This document shows positions 1 to 13,715 of a stretch of DNA of 64,000 nucleotides, piece by piece. The notes below the pieces were generated by a model. That model was not told where the DNA came from. It did not search any database and saw nothing but the letters and a program-made list of their open reading frames with translations. Source of the stretch: the human T2T-CHM13v2.0 reference genome, Homo sapiens; assembly GCF_009914755.1 (NCBI RefSeq), contig NC_060933.1, one strand, 5' to 3'. Position 1 is the stretch's first letter. Each line of letters begins with the position of its first letter. Made by a program: the position numbers and the translations under genes.

Positions 1-2991
1 TGGAAAGAATGGAATCAACACGAGTGGAATGGCATGGATTGGAATGGAATGGAATGGAATCAACCCCAGTACAGGGGAATGGAATGGAATGGAATGCAAT
101 GGAATGGAATCATCCGTAATGGAATGGAAAGGAATGGAATGGAATGGAATGGAATCAACCCGAGTGCAATGGAATGGAGTGAAATGGAATGGAATGGAAT
201 GGAAACAACCAGAATGGATTGGAATATAATGGAGTGTAAGGGAATTGAATAGAATCAATCTGAATGTAATGAAATAGAATGGAACGGATTGTAATGCAAT
301 GGAATGGAATGGAATGGAATGCAATGGAATGGAATCAACCCGAGTGCAATCGAATGGAATCGAATGGAATGGAATGCAATGGAAAGGATTCAACTTGAAT
401 GGAATGGAAAGAATGGAATCAACACGAGTGGAGTGGCATGGATTGGAATGGAATTGAATGGAATCAACCCGAGTACAGGGGAATGGAATGGAATGGAATG
501 CAATGGAATGGAATCATCCGTAATGGAATGGAAAGGAATGGAATGGAATGGAATGGAATGGAATGGAATGGAATGGAATCGAATGGAATGGAATGGAATC
601 AACTCAATTGTAATCGAATGGAATGGAATGGAATTAACCCGAATAGAATGGAATGGAATGGAATGGAACGGAACGGAATGGAAAGGAATGGAATGGAATG
701 GAATGGAATGGAATGGAACGGAAAGGAATGGAATGGAATGGAATGGAATGGAATGGAATGGATTCAACGCGAGTGCAGGGGAATGGAATGGAATGGAATG
801 CAATGGAATGCAATCTTCCGAAATGGAATGGAATGGAATGGAATGGAATGCAATGGATTCAACTCGATTGCAATGGAGTGGAATAGAATGGAACGGAATG
901 GAATGGAATGGAATTAACCCGAATAGAATGGAATGGAATGGAATGGAACGGAACGGAACGGAATGGAATGGAATGGAATGGAATGGAATGGAATTGTATG
1001 GAATGGAATGGAATGGTACGGAATAGAATCGAATGGAAGAATTGGAATGGAATGTAATCGAATGGAATGGTATGGAAAGGAATGGAATGGAATGGAATCA
1101 ACCCGAGTGCAGGGGAATGTAATGGAACGGAATGCAATGGAATGGAATCATCCGGAATGGAATGGAATGGAATGGAATGGAATGGAATCAACCTGAGTGC
1201 AATACAATGGAGTGGAATGGAATGGAATGGAATGGAACAACACGAATGGAATGGAATGGAATGGAGAGTAAGGGAGTTGAATAGAATCAACCCGAATGTA
1301 ATGGAATGGAATGGAACGGAAGGGAATGGAATGGAATGCAATGGAATGGAATCAACCCGAGTACAATGGAATGGAATGGAATGGAATGGAATGGAATGGA
1401 ATGGAATGGAATCAACCCGAGTGCAATGGAATGGAGAGGAATGGAATGGAATGGAATGGAAACTACCCGAATGGAATGGAATGTAACGAAGTGTAAGGGA
1501 ATTGAATAGAATCAATCCGAATGTAATGGGATGGAATGGAACGGAATGGAATGGAATGGAATGGAATGGAATGGAATGGAATGCAATGGAATGGAATGGA
1601 ATTCACCCGAATAGAATGGAATGGAATGGAATGGAAATGAATGGAAGGGAAGGGAATGGAATGTAATCAACCCGAGTGCAGGGGAATGGAATGGAATGGA
1701 ATGCAATGGAATGGAATCATCCGGAATGGAATGGAATGGAATGGAATGGAATGGAATGGAATGGAATGGAATGGAATGCAATGGAATGGAATCAACCCGT
1801 GTACAATGGAATGGAATAGAATGGAATAGAATGGAATGGAATGGAATGGAATAGAATGCTTTCAAACTGAATGGAATGGAAAGGAATGGAATCAACACGA
1901 GTGGAATGGAATGGAATGGAATGGAATGGAATGGAGTGGAGTGGAATGGAATGGAATGGAATGGAATGGAATGGAATGGAATGGTACGGAATAGAACGGA
2001 ATGGAACGAAATGGAATGGAATGGAATGGAATGGAATGGATTGGAATGGAATGGTACGGAATAGAATGGAATGGAACGAAATGGAATGGAATGGAATGGA
2101 ATGGAACGGAACGGAACGGAATGGAATGGAATGGAATGGAATGGAATGGAATGGAATGGAATGGAATGGAATCGTTCCGAGTGGAATAGGAGGGAATGTA
2201 TTCGAGTGGAATGGAAAGGAATGGAATCAACCAGAGTGGAATGGAAGGGAATGGAATGGAATGGAAACTAGTAGAATGGAATCAACCCGAGTGGAATGGA
2301 ATGGAAAGGACTGGAATGGAATGGAATGGAATAGAATGGAATGGAATGGAATCAACACCATTGTAATGGAATGGAATGGAATGGAATGGAATGGAATGGA
2401 ATGGAATGGAATGCAATGGAATTAACCCGAATATAATGGAATGGAATGGAATGGAACGGAATGCAAAGCAATGGAATCAACTCGATTGCAATGGAATGGA
2501 ATGGAATGGAAAGGAATAGAATGGAATCAACCCGAGTGGAATGGAATGGAAAGGACTGGAATAGAGTGGAATGGAATGGAATGGAATGGAATGGAATCAA
2601 GTCGATTGGAATGGAATGGAATGGAATGGAATGGAATTAACCCGAATAGAATGGAATGGAATGGAATGGAACGGAATGGAATGGAATGGAATGGAATGGA
2701 ATGCAATGGAATGGAATCAACCCGACTGCAGGGGAATGGAATGGAATGGAATGCAATGGAATGGAATCATCCGGAACGGAATGGAATGGAATGGAATGCA
2801 ATCAACCTGATGCAATGGAATGGAGTGGAATGGAATGGAATGGAATGGAAACATCCCGAATGGAATGGAATGTAATGGAGAATAAGGGAATTGAATAGAA
2901 TCTATCCGAATGTAATGGAATGGAATGGAATGAAATGGAATGGAATCAACGCGAGTGCAGGGGAATGGAATGGAATAGATTGCAATGGAAT

Positions 2992-3006
2992 GGAATCTTC
3001 CGGAAT
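2992..3006. promoter_or_regulatory. Canonical heat-shock element (GGAATCTTCCGGAAT), the only intact copy seen left of the inversion
   Basis: gGAAtcTTCcgGAAt is the reverse complement of the module above. A degenerate copy lies at about 810-824. Confidence 0.55.
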
Positions 3007-3430
3007 GGAATGGAATGGAATGGAATGGAATGCAATGGATTCAACTCGATTGCAATGGAATGCAATAGAATGGAATGGAATGGAATGAAATGGAATTAAC
3101 CCGAATAGAATGGAATGGAATGGAATGGAACGGAACGGAACGGAAAGAACGGAAAGGAATGGAATGGAATGGAATGGAATTGTATGGAATGGAATGGAAT
3201 GGTACGGAATAGAATGGAAAGGAAAGAATTGGAATGGAATGGAATCGAATGGAATGGAATGGAATGGAATGGAATCAACCCGAGTGCAGGGGAACGTAAT
3301 GGAACGGAATGCAATGGAATGGAATCACCCGGAATGGAATGGAATGGAATGGAATGGAATGGAATGGAATGGAATCAACCCGAGTGCAATGGAATGGAGT
3401 GGAATGGAATGGAATGGAATGGAACAACCC

Positions 3431-3530
3431 GAATGGAATGGAATGTAATGGAGAGTAAGGGAGTTGAATAGAATCAATCCGAATGGAATGGAATGTAATT
3501 GAGAGTAAGGGAGTTGAATAGAATCAATCC
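3431..3530 (+). repeat. 50-bp tandem duplication (2 copies)
   Basis: GAATGGAATGGAATGTAAT(G/T)GAGAGTAAGGGAGTTGAATAGAATCAATCC at 3431 and 3481, with one mismatch. Confidence 0.92.
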
Positions 3531-5835
3531 GAATGTAATGGAATGGAATGGAACGGAATGGAATTGAATGGAATGGAATGGAATGCAATGGAATGGAATC
3601 AACCCGAGTACAATGGAATGAAATGGAATGGAACGGAATGGAATAGAATGGAATTGAATGGAATGGAATGTCTTCAAACCGAATGGAATGGAAAGGAATG
3701 GAATCAACACGAGTGGAATAGAATGGAATGGAATGGAATGGAATGGAATGGAATGGAATGGAATTGTTCCGAGTGGAATATGACGGAATGTATACGAGTG
3801 GAATGGAAAGGAATGGAATCAACCAGAGTGGAATGGAAGGGAATGGAATGGAATGGAAACTAATAGAATGGAATCAACCCGAGTGGAATGGAATGGAAAG
3901 GAATGGAATGGAATGGAATGGAATGGAATGGAATGGAATGGAATCAACTCGATTGTAATGGAATGGAATGGAATGGAATGGAATGGAATGGAATTAACCC
4001 GAATACAATGGAATGGAATGGAATGGAACGGAATGGAGTGGAATGGAATGGAATCAACCCGAGTGCAGGGGAATGGAATGGAATGGAATGCAATGGAATG
4101 GAATCATCCGGAATGGAATGGAATGGAATGGAATGCAATGCAATGGAATCAACTCGATTGCAATGGAATGGAATGGAAAGGAATAGAATGGAATCAACCC
4201 GAGTGGAATGGAATGGAAAGGACTGGAATGGAGTGGAATGGAATGGAATGGAATGGAATTAACTCGATTGGAATGGAATGGAATGGAATGCAATGGAATT
4301 AACCCGAATAGAATGGAATGGAATGGAATGGAACGGAATGGAATAGAATGGAATGGAATGGAATGGAATGGAAAGGAATCAACCCGACTGCAGGGGAATG
4401 GAATGGAATGGAATGCAATGGAATGGAATCATCCGGAACGGAATGGAATGGAATGGAATGGAATCAACTCGATTGTAATGGAATGGAATGGAATGGAATG
4501 GAATGGAATGGAATGGAATGGAATTCACCCGAATAGAATGGAATGGAAAGGAATGGAAAGGAATGGAAGGGAAGGGAATGGAATGTAATCAACCCGAGTG
4601 CAGGGGAATGGAATGGAATGGAATGCAATGGAATGGAATCATCCGGAATGGAATGGAATGGAATGGAATGGAATGGAATGGAATGGAATGGAATGGAATG
4701 CAATGGAATGGAATCAACCCGAGTACAATGGAATGGAATGGAATGGAATGGAATGGAATGGAATGGAATGGAATGGAATGCCTTCAAACTGAATGGAATG
4801 GAAAGGAATGGAATCAACACGAGTGGAATGGAATGGAATGGAATGGAATGGAATGGAGTGGAGTGGAATGGAATGGAATGGAATGGAATGGATTGGTACG
4901 GAATAGAATGGAATGGAACGAAATGGAATGGAATGGAATGGAATGGAAGGGAATGGAATGGAATGGAATGGAATCGTTAAGAGTGGAATAGGAGGGAATG
5001 TATTCGAGTGGAATGGAAAGGAATGGAATCAACCAGAGTGGAATGGAAGGGAATGGAATGGAATGGAAACTAATAGAATGGAATCAACCCGAGTGGAATG
5101 GAACAGAAAGGACTGGAATGGAATGGAATGGAATGGAATGGAATTGAATCGAATGGGATCAACTCCATTGTAATGGAATGGAATGGAATGGAATGGAATG
5201 GAATGGAATGCAATGGAATTAACCCGAATATAATGGAATGGAATGGAATGGAACGGAATGCAAATCAATGGAACCAACTCGATTGCAATGGAATGGAATG
5301 GAATGGAAAGGAATAGAATGGAATCAACCCGAATGGAATGGAATGGAAAGGACTGGAATTGAGTGGAATGGAATGGAATGGAATGGAATGGAATGAAGTC
5401 GATTGGAATGGAATGGAATGGAATGGAATGGAATGGAATGGAATGGAATCAACTCGATTGCAATCGAATGGAATGGAATGGAATTAACCCGAATAGAATG
5501 GAATGGAATGGAATGGAACGGAACGGAATTGAATGGAATGGAATGGAATGGAAGGGAAAGGAATGGAATGGAATGGAATGGAATGGAATGGAATGGAATG
5601 GAATCAACGCGAGTGCAGGGGAATGGAATGGAATCGAATGGAATGGAATGGAATAGAATGGAATCAACCTGAGTGCAATGGAATGGAGTGGAATGGAATG
5701 GAATGGAATGGAACAACCCGAATGGAATGGAATGGAATGGAGAGTAAGGGTGTTGAAAAGAATCAATCCGAATGTAATGGAATGGAATGGAACGGAATAG
5801 AATGGAATGGAATGGAATGGAATGCAATGGAATGG

Positions 5836-5990
5836 AATCAACCCGAGTGCAATCGAATGGAATCGAATGGAATGGAATGCAATGCAATGGATTCAACTTG
5901 AATGGAATGGAAAGAATGGAATCAACACGAGTGGAATGGCATGGATTGGAATGGAATGGAATGGAATCAACCCGAGTACAGGGGAATGGA
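5836..5990 (+). repeat. pHuR98-like (chr9q12-type SatIII) module; another + copy at 333-490 and many - strand copies (for example about 8,945-9,110)
   Basis: AATCAACCCGAGTGCAATCGAATGGAATCG...GGATTCAACTTGAATGG...CAACACGAGTGGAATGGCATGGATTGG...CAACCCGAGTACAGG matches my recollection of the pHuR98 clone and its primer sites. Not verified by alignment. Confidence 0.7.
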
Positions 5991-7240
5991 ATGGAATGGA
6001 ATGCAATGGAATGGAATCATCCGGAATGGAATGGAATGGAATGGAATGGAATGGAATGGAAGGGAATGGAATGGTATGGAATGGAATGGAATGGAATGGA
6101 ATCAACGCGAGTGCAGGGGAGTGTAATGGAACGGAATGCAATGGAATGGAATCATCCGAAATGGAATGGAATGGAATGGAATGGAATGGAATGGAATGGA
6201 ATGGAATCAACCCGAGTGCAATGGAATGGAGTGGAATGGAATGGAATGGAATGGAACAACCCGAATGGAATGGAATGTAATGGAGAGAAAGGGAGTTGAA
6301 TAGAATCAATCCGAATGGAATGGAATGGAAAGGAATAGAATGGAATGGAATGGAATGGAATGGAAGGGAATGCAATGGAATGGAATCAACCCGAGTACAA
6401 TGGAATGCAATGGAATGGAATGGAATGGAATCAACCCGAGTGCAATGGAATGGAGAGGAATGGAATGGAATGGAATGGAATGGAAACTACCCGAATGGAA
6501 TGGAATGTAATGGAGTGTAAGGGAATTGAATAGAATCAATCCGAATGGAATGGAATGGAATGGAACGGAATTTAATGGAATGGAATGGAATGGAATCAAC
6601 CCGAGTGCAGGGGAATGGAATGGAATGGAATGCAATGGAATGGAATCATCCGGAATGGAATGGAATGCAATGGAATGGAATGGAATGGAATGGAATGGAA
6701 TGGAATGGAATGATACGGAATAGAATGGAATGGAACGAAATGGAATGGAAAGCAATGGAATGGAATCGTTCCGAGTGGAATAGGAGGGAATATATTCGAG
6801 TGGAATGGAAAGGAATGGAATCAACCAGAGTGGAATGGAAGGGAATGGAATGGAATGGAAACTAATAGAATGGAATCAACCCGAGTGGAATGGAATGGAA
6901 AGAACTGGAATGGAATGGAATGGAATGGAATCAACTCGATTGTAATGGAATGGAATGGAATGGAATCTAATGAAATGGAATTAACCCGAATACAATGGAA
7001 TGGAATGGAATGCAATGGAACGGAATGGAGTGGAATGGAATGGAATGAACCCGAGTGCAGGGGAATGCAATGGAATGGAATGCAATGGAATGGAATCATC
7101 CGGAATGGAATGGAATGGAATGCAATGGAATGGAATGGAATGGAATCAACCAGAGTGCAATGCAATGGAGTGAAATGGAATGGAATGGAATAGAGACAAC
7201 CAGAATGGGTTGGAATATAATGGAGTGTAACGGAATTGAA

Positions 7241-7260
7241 TAGAAACAACATTCCATTCC
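7241..7260. other. Strand-polarity switch (inversion breakpoint) within the satellite
   Basis: ...GGAATTGAATAGAAACAA|CATTCCATTCC... The module that normally continues TAGAATCAATCCGAATG is cut after CAA and joined directly to (CATTC)n. Confidence 0.96.
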
Positions 7261-8649
7261 ATTCCATTCTATTCGGGTTAATTCCATTCCATTCCATTCC
7301 ATTCCATTCCATTCTATTCCATTCCATTGCAATCGAGTTGAATCCATTGCATTTCGTACCATTCCATTCCATTCCATTCCATTCCCCTGCACTCGCATTG
7401 ATTCCATTCCATTCCTTTCCATTCCATTCCGCTCCGTTCCGTTCCATTCCATTCCATTCCATTCCATTCCGTTCCGTTCCATTCCATTCCATTCCATTCT
7501 ATTCGGGTTAATTCCATTCCATTCCATTCGATTGCAATCGAGTTGATTCCATTCCATTGCATTCCATTCCATTCCATTCCATTCCATTCCTTTCCATTGC
7601 ATTTCGGATGATTCCATTCCATTGCATTCCATTCCATTCCATTCCCCTGTACTCGGGTTGATTCCATTCCATTCCATTCCAATCCATGCCATTCCACTCG
7701 TGTTGATTCCATTCTTTCCATTCCATTCAAGTTGAATCCATTCCATGGCATTCCATTCCATTCCATTCCCCTGCAGTCGGGTTGATTCCATTGCATTCCA
7801 TTCCATTCCATTCCATTCCATTCCATTCCATTCCGTTCCATTCCATTCCATTCCATTCTATTCGGGTTAATTCCATTCCATTCCATTCCATTCCATTACA
7901 TTCCAATCGAGTTGATTCCATTCCATTCCATTCCATTCCATTCCATTCCACTCCATTCCAGTCCTTTCCATTCCATTCCACTCGGGTTGATTCCATTCTA
8001 TTCATTTCCATTCCATTCCATTCCATTGCAATCGAGTTGATTCCATTGCTTTGCATTCCATTCCATTCCATTCCATTCCGGATGATTCCATTCCATTGCA
8101 TTCCATTCCATTCCATTCCCCTGCACTCGGGTTGATTCCATTCCATTCCACTCCATTCCGTTCCATTCCATTCCATTCCATTGTATTCGGGTTAATTCCA
8201 TTCCATTCCATTCCATTCCATTCCATTCCATTCCATTCCATTACAATCGAGTTGATTCCATTCCATTCCATTCCATTCCATTCCATTCCCTTCCATTCCA
8301 TTCCTGTCCTTTCCATTCCATTCCACTCGGGTTGATTCCATTCTATTAGTTTCCATTCCATTCCGTTCCCTTCCATTCCACTCTGCTTGATTCCATTCCT
8401 TTCCATTCCACTCGAATTCATTCCCTCCTATTCCACTAGGAACGATTCCATTCCATTCCATTCCATTCCATTCCATTCCATTCCATTCCATTCCATTCCA
8501 TTCCATTTCTTTCCATTCCATTCTATTCTGTACCATTCCATTCCATTCCATTCCTTTCCATTCCATTCCATTCCACTCGTGTTGATTCCATTCCTTTCCA
8601 TTCCATTTGGTTTGAAAGCATTTCATTCCATTCCATTCCATTCCATTCC

Positions 8650-8664
8650 ATTCCGGAAGATTCC
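8650..8664. promoter_or_regulatory. Canonical heat-shock element nTTCnnGAAnnTTCn (ATTCCGGAAGATTCC); representative of about 40 copies
   Basis: aTTCcgGAAgaTTCc gives three alternating nGAAn units. Sequence match only; occupancy of this copy is not shown. Confidence 0.6.
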
Positions 8665-11600
8665 ATTCCATTGCATTCCATTCCATTCCATTCCCCTGCA
8701 CTCGCGTTGATTCCATTCCATTCCATTCCATTCCATTCCATTCCGTTCCGTTCCATTCCATTCCATTCCAATCCATTCCGTTCCGTTCCATTCCATTCCA
8801 TTCCATTCTATTCGGGTTAATTCCATTCCATTCCATTCGATTGCAATCGAGTTGATTCCATTCCATTCCATTCCATTCCATTCCATTCCATTCCATTCCA
8901 TTCCTTTCCATTCCATTACGGATGATTCCATTCCATTGCATTCCATTCCATTCCATTCCCCTGTACTCGGGTTGATTCCATTCCATTCCATTCCAATCCA
9001 TGCCATTCCACTCGTGTTGATTCCATTCTTTCCATTCAATTCAAGTTGAATCCATTCCATTGCATTCCATTCCATTCGATTCCATTCGATTGCACTCGGG
9101 TTGATTCCATTCCATTGCATTCCATTCCATTCCATTCCATTCCATTCCATTCTATTCCGTTCCATTCCATTCCATTACATTCGGATTGATTCTATTCAAT
9201 TCCCTTACACTCCATTACATTCCATTCCATTCGGGTAGTTTCAATTCCATTCCATTCCATTCCTCTCCATTCCATTGCACTGGGGTTGATTCCATTCCAT
9301 TGCTTTCCATTCCATTCCATTCAATTCCATTCCGTTCCATTCCATTCCATTACATTCGGATTGATTCTATTCAACTCCCTTACTCTCCATTACATTCCAT
9401 TCCATTCGGGTTGTTCCATTCCATTCCATTCCATTCCACTCCATTCCATTGCACTCGGGTTGATTCCATTCCATTCCATTCCATTCCATTCCATTCCGGA
9501 AGATTACATTCCATTGCATTCCATTCCATTCCATTCCCCTGCACTAGCGTTGATTCCATTCCATTCCATTCCATTCCATTCCATTCCATTCCATCCCTTT
9601 CCGTTCCATTCCATTCCATTCCATTCCATTCCATTCCGTTCCGTTCCGTTCCATTCCATTCCATTCCATTCCATTTGATTCCATTCCATTCCAATTCTTT
9701 CCATTCCATTCTATTCCGTACCATTCCATTCCATTCCATACAATTCCATTCCATTCCATTCCATTCCATTCAATTCCATTCCATTCCGTTCCGTTCCGTT
9801 CCGTTCCGTTCCATTCCATTCCATTCCAATCTATTCGCGTTAATTCCATTCCATATCATTCCATTCCATTCTATTCCATTCTATTGCAATCGAGTTGAAT
9901 CCATTGTATTCCATTCCATTCCATTCCATTCCATTCCAGATGATTCCATTCCATTGCATTCCATTCCATTCCATTCCCCTGCACTCGCGTTGATTCCATT
10001 CCATTCCATTCCATTCTATTCCATTCCATTCCCTTAAGTTCCGTTCCATTCCATTCCATTCCATTCCTTTCCGTTCCGTTCCGTTCTATTCCATTCCATT
10101 GTGTACGGGTTAATTCCATTCCATTCCATTCGATTGCAATCGAGTTGATTCCATTCCATTCCATTCCATTCCATTCCATTCCATTCCATTCATTTCCATT
10201 CCATTACGGATGATTCCATTCCATTGCATTACATTCCATTCCATTCCCCTGTACTCGGTTTGATTCCATTCCATTCCATTCCATTCCATTCTATTCCATT
10301 CCATTCCATTCCATTCCGGAAGATTCCATTCCATTGCATTCCATTCCTTTCCATTCCCCTACACTCGCGTTGATTCCATTCCATTCCATTCCATTCCATT
10401 CCATTCCATTCCATTCCGATCCGTTCCATTCCATTCCATTCCATTCCATTACATTCCATTCCATTCCGTTCCGTTCCATTCCATTCCATTCCATTCGATT
10501 GCAATCGAGTTGATTCCATTCCATTCCATTCCATTCCATTCCATTCCATTCCATTCCATTCCTTTCCATTCCATTACGGATGATTCCATTCCATTGCATT
10601 CCATTCCATTCCATTCCCCTGTACTCAGGTTGATTCCATTCCATTCCATTCCAATCCATGCCAGTCCACTCGTGTTGATTCTATTTTTTCCATTCCATTC
10701 AAGTTGAATCCATTCCATTGCATTCCATTCCATTGGATTCCATTCGATTGCACTCGGGTTGATTCCATTCCATTGCATTCCATTCCATTCCATTCCATTC
10801 CATTCCGTTCCATTCCATTACATTCGGATTGATTCTATTCAATTCCCTTACACTGCATTACATTCCATTCCATTCGGGTAGTTTCCATTCCATTCCATTC
10901 CATTCCTCTCCATTCCATTGCACTCGGGTTGATTCCATTCCATTGCATTCCATTCCATTCCATTCAATTCCATTCCGTTCCATTCCATTCCATTGCATTC
11001 GGATTGATTCCATTCAACTCCCTTACTCTCCATTACATTCCATTCCATTCGGGTTCTTCCATTCCATTCCACTTTATTCCATTGCACTCGGGTTGATTCC
11101 ATTCCATTCCATTCCATTCCATTCCATTCCATTCCATTCCATTCCGGAAGATTCCATTCCATTGCATTCCATTCCATTCCATTCCCCTGCACTCGCGTTG
11201 ATTCCATTCCATTCCACTCCATTCCATTCCATTCCATTCCTTTCCGTTCCATTCCACTCCATTCCATTCCATTCCATTCCATTCCATTCCATTCCGTTCC
11301 GTTCCATTCCATTCCATTCCATTCTATTCGGGTTAATTCCATTCCATTCCATTCGATTGCAATCGAGTTGATTCCATTCCATTCCATACCATTCCATTCC
11401 ATTACATTACGGATGATTCCATTCCATTGCATTCCATTCCATTCCATTCCCCTGTGCTCAGGTTGATTCCATTCCCTTCCATTCCAATCCATGCCATTCC
11501 ACTCGTGTTGATTCCATTCTTTCCATTCCGTTCAAGTTGAATCCATTCCATTGCATTCCATTCCATTCCATTCCCCTGCAGTCAGGTTGATTCCATTCCA

Positions 11601-13715
11601 TTCCATTCCATTCCATTCCATTCCGTTCCGTTCCGTTCCGTTCCGTTCCGTTCCATTCCATTCCATTCCATTCCATTCGGTTTAATTCCATTCCATTCCA
11701 TTCCATTCCATTCCATTCCATTCCATTCCAATCGAGTTGATTCCATTCCATTCCATTCCATTCCATTCCACTCCATTCCAGTCCTTTCCATTCCATTCCA
11801 CTCGGGTTGATTCCATTCTATTCCTTTCCATTCCATTCCATTCCATTGCAATCGAGTTGATTCCATTGCTTTGCATTCCATTCCATTCCATTCCATTCCG
11901 GATGATTCCATTCCATTGCATTCCATTCCATTCCATTCCCCTGCACTCGGGTTGAATCCATTCCATTCCAGTCCATTCCGTTCCATTCCATTCCATTCCA
12001 TTGTATTCGGGTTAATTCCATTCCATTCCATTCCAGTCCTTTCCATTCCATTCCACTCGGGTTGATTCCATTCTATTAGTTTCCTTTCCATTCCATTCCC
12101 TTTCATTCCACTCTGGCTGATTCCATTCCTTTCCATTCCACTCGAATACATTCCCTCCTATTCCACTCGGAACGATTCCATTCCATTCCATTCCATTCCA
12201 TTCCATTCCATTCCGTTCCATTCCATTCCATTCCATTCCATTTCGTTCCATTCCATTCTATTCCGTACCATTCCATTCCATTCCATTCCATTCCATTCCA
12301 TTCCACTAGTGTTGATTCCATTCATTTCCATTCCATTCGGTTTGAAGGCATTCCATTCCATTCAATTCCATTCCATTCCATTCCATTCCATTCCATTCCA
12401 ATCCATTCCATTCCATTGTACTCGGGTTGATTCCATTCCATTGCATTCCATTCCATTCCATTCCATTCCATTCCGTTGCTTTCCATTCCATTACATTCGG
12501 ATTGATTCTATTCAACTCCCTTACTCTCCATTACATTCCATTCCATTCGGGTTGTTCCATTCCATTCCATTCCATTCCACTCCATTCCATTGCACTCGGG
12601 TTGATTCCATTCCATTCCATTCCATTCCATTCATTCCGGATGATTCCATTCCATTGCATTCCGTTCCATTACATTCCCCTGCACTCGCGTTGATTCCATT
12701 CCATTCCATTCCATTCCATTCAATTCCATTCCATTACAATTCGTTCCATTCCATTCTATTCCGTACCATTCCATTCAATTCCATACCATTCCATTCCATT
12801 AAATTCCATTCCATTCCATTCAGTTCCATTCCATTCCATTCCATTCCATTCCATTCTATTCGGGTTAATTCCATTCCATTCCATTCCATTACATTCTATT
12901 CCATTCCATTGCAATCGAGTTGAATCCATTGCATTTCATTCCATTCCATTCCATTCCATTCCATTCCGGAAGATTCCATTCCATTGCATTCCATTCCATT
13001 CCATTCCCCTGCACTGGCGTTGATTCCATTCCATTCCATTCCATTCCATTCCATTCCATTACGTTCCGTTCCGTTCCATTCCATTCCATTCCATTCCATT
13101 CCATTCCGTTCCGTTCCATTCCATTCCATTCCATTCCATTCCATTCCATTCCATTCTATTCGGGTTAATTCCATTCCATTCCATTCGATTGCAATCGAGG
13201 AGATTCCATTCCATTCCATTCCATTCCATTCTATTCCATTCCATTCCATTCCATTCCGGAAGATTCCATTCCATTGCATTCCGTTCCATTACATTCCCCT
13301 GCACTCGGGTTGATTCCATTCCATTTCATTCCATTCCATTCGATTCCATACCATTCCCCTGCACTGGGGTTGATTCCATTCCATTCCATTCCATTCCATT
13401 CCATTCCATTCCATTCCTTTCCATTCCATTACGGATGATTCCATTCCATTGCATTACCTTCCATTCCATTCCCCTGTACTCGGGTTGATTCCATTCCATT
13501 CCATTCCATTCCATTCTATTCCATTCCATTCCATTCCATTCCGGAAGATTCCATTCCATTGCATTCCGTTCCATTACATTCCCCTGCACTCGGGTTGATT
13601 CCATTCCATTTCATTCCATTCCATTCGATTCCATACCATTCCCCTGCACTGGGGTTGATTCCATTCCATTCCATTCCATTCCATTCCATTCCATTCCGTT
13701 CCATTCCATTCCATT

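Larger units (their letters stand above)
1..7249 (+). repeat. Human satellite III (HSat3) array, G-rich (GGAAT)n strand on +
   Basis: Continuous GGAAT pentamers with the SatIII decamer CAACCCGA(G/A)T and related variant modules. It lacks the dense CATTCGATTC/ATGATG pattern typical of HSat2. Confidence 0.97.

Noticed and set aside
771-790. GCAGGGGAA G-runs as G-quadruplex motifs
   Set aside because: The G4 runs are isolated and usually far apart; no cluster of four closely spaced G3+ tracts was seen.
6000-8500. Perfect palindrome or fold-back at the polarity switch
   Set aside because: The modules immediately right of the junction are not the reverse complement of those immediately left. Complementarity is only at the family level.
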